DNA of 62,639 nucleotides, filler included, from Chiloscyllium plagiosum (Eukaryota), in the NCBI RefSeq assembly GCF_004010195.1. It is 3 parts of one record of this genome, joined end to end, with 100 filler letters (N's around TTAATTAATTAA, not from the genome) between each part and the next. Parts side by side here need not be neighbours in the genome. Positions count along the whole stretch, not along the records: positions 60,542 to 62,639 come from NC_057712.1; 2 more parts are not named here. One strand, 5' to 3'. Of this stretch, positions 61,428 through 62,639 are shown piece by piece; position 1 is the first letter of the stretch, and every line of letters starts with the position of its first letter. Position numbers and translations under genes: made by a program. The notes under the pieces were generated by a model. It was not told the origin of the DNA. It saw nothing but the letters and a program-made list of their open reading frames with translations, and ran no database searches.

Positions 61428-62504
61428 ACATGTAATGGTGTTATCCGTATTGATACTCTGACATGTCTTGCAGCAGCTGCCGTGACAGGGTTGGCATGGT
61501 GTTGCTGCGAACAATGATCTGTTAAAGGTTTGGTGTTTTTTTAAAAGGCAAGAAGTGGCGGTGCAGGGAAAGTCTTGGCAAGGCGCTCATCCTCACTGAT
61601 AATGTGTTGTAGGCTGCAAAAAAATATGGCATAGTCATCAGCTTGCGGGAAGAATTGCACAACGCTGGGTACCTTGTTGGTTGCAGGTTCTGTCTGTCTC
61701 CCGAGTAGGTCATTAGAGTTTCTTGCTGTGGCATGTCAAAACTGGCGATTGATCATCGTACCCTGTTCTTGTGAGGGTATCTTTGAACACTTTGAGGAGA
61801 AAGTGAGGTCTGCAGATGCTGGAGATCAGAGCTGGAAATGTGTTGCTGGAAAAGCGCAGCAGGTCAACCCAGGTAAGCTTGCGCTATACCAGCTTCCGGC
61901 TGCCCTTCTGGTCGTCATCACTTCCCCCTGCTGCTCCCGCTCTTTCTGTGAAGAGAAAGAAAACACCGCTGCCCACTACCGGTAAGTAATTTTAAAACAA
62001 ACTGTCTCACCTTAGCTGTAGCCTCAGGAAGAAGGGCTTATGCCCGAAACGTCGATTCTCCTGTTCCCTCTATCTTTGAACACTTTCAGATGGTGGGAGT
62101 GTGAGTATATAGGAGTGGGTGTGTGTGTATGTATGTGAGAGAGTGTATCGTGCAGTGGGGTCACCTGTAGTATGACATGAACCCAAGATCCCGAACTTTG
62201 CTATCAGCCTCTGCTCACCCACACTGTGTTGTTCCCTGTCCTGATGTTCGCCTTGGAGGGTGGTTACCCGAAGCTCCAAGGATGAATGTCCTGGACCGCT
62301 GAAGTGTTCACGAATGGGAGGGAACACTCCTGCCCGGTAATTGTTGCATGGTGTCCCTTCATCTGTTGCCACAGCGTCTGTTCGGCCTCACCAATGCACC
62401 ATGCCTCAGGGCATCCTTGCCTGCAGTGTATGAGATAGACAACATTGGCCAAGTCACGAGTACTCACCGCTTACATGGTGGGAGGTGTCCCCACGTGTAA
62501 TGGT
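61428..62504 (-). mobile_element. Family A PLE fragment in permuted order, with a chimeric insertion at 61794-62070
   Basis: Minus 62504-62100: ANVVYLIHCRQGCPEAWCIGE, EHFSGPGH, EQRLIAKFG. Minus 62089-61428: HLKVFKDTLTRTGYD, LQHIISEDERLAKTFPAPPLLAF. Confidence 0.82.
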
Positions 62505-62639
62505 CAGTGAGGGTGAGGTGTGGTCAGTGAGGGTGGGGTCTGATCAGTGAGGGTGAGGTGTGGTCAGTGAGGGTGGGGGTCTGATCAGTGAGGGTAGGGT
62601 GTGGTCAGTGAGGGTGGGGTGTGGTCAGTGAGGGTGGGG
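62502..62639. repeat. ~20-bp G-rich minisatellite, running off the window
   Basis: (GGTCAGTGAGGGTGGGGTGT)n with variants. Confidence 0.92.

Overview
Eukaryotic genomic DNA, almost certainly from an elasmobranch (shark/ray). This is inferred from HE1-type V-SINEs, HER1-like CR1 LINEs and DeuSINE-like relics. Most of the window is nested, decayed retroelements: CR1, Rex1/Babar, L2/CR1-group and RTE LINE fragments, tRNA-derived SINEs and at least four Penelope-like element (PLE) families. The only host gene I can support is at a CpG-island bidirectional promoter (~39.5-40.4 kb). Its + strand drives a first coding exon MPRRKQSNPQPVK, which is ZNF513-like with a NuRD-binding-type N-terminus; I did not recognise exon 2 in the window. 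Its - strand appears to drive a spliced transcript of unknown nature. The most interesting signal is the PLE system. (i) Three families carry minimal hammerhead ribozymes with covarying stems and a loopless palindromic stem III (ACGT or AGCT), and a fourth shows decayed relics of the same fold. (ii) Over a dozen 100-250 bp TSD-flanked mini-insertions, many of them hairpin-shaped, break at the ribozyme core. (iii) Two such insertions sandwich foreign retroelement sequence between their inverted arms inside one TSD. There is also a ~220 bp tandem repeat with promoter and splice motifs, and a circularly permuted PLE, near the right end. Boundaries of decayed repeats are approximate and family names come from recalled motifs, not database searches. 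Two 100-nt gaps contain an artificial TTAATTAATTAA linker, so adjacency across them is unproven.
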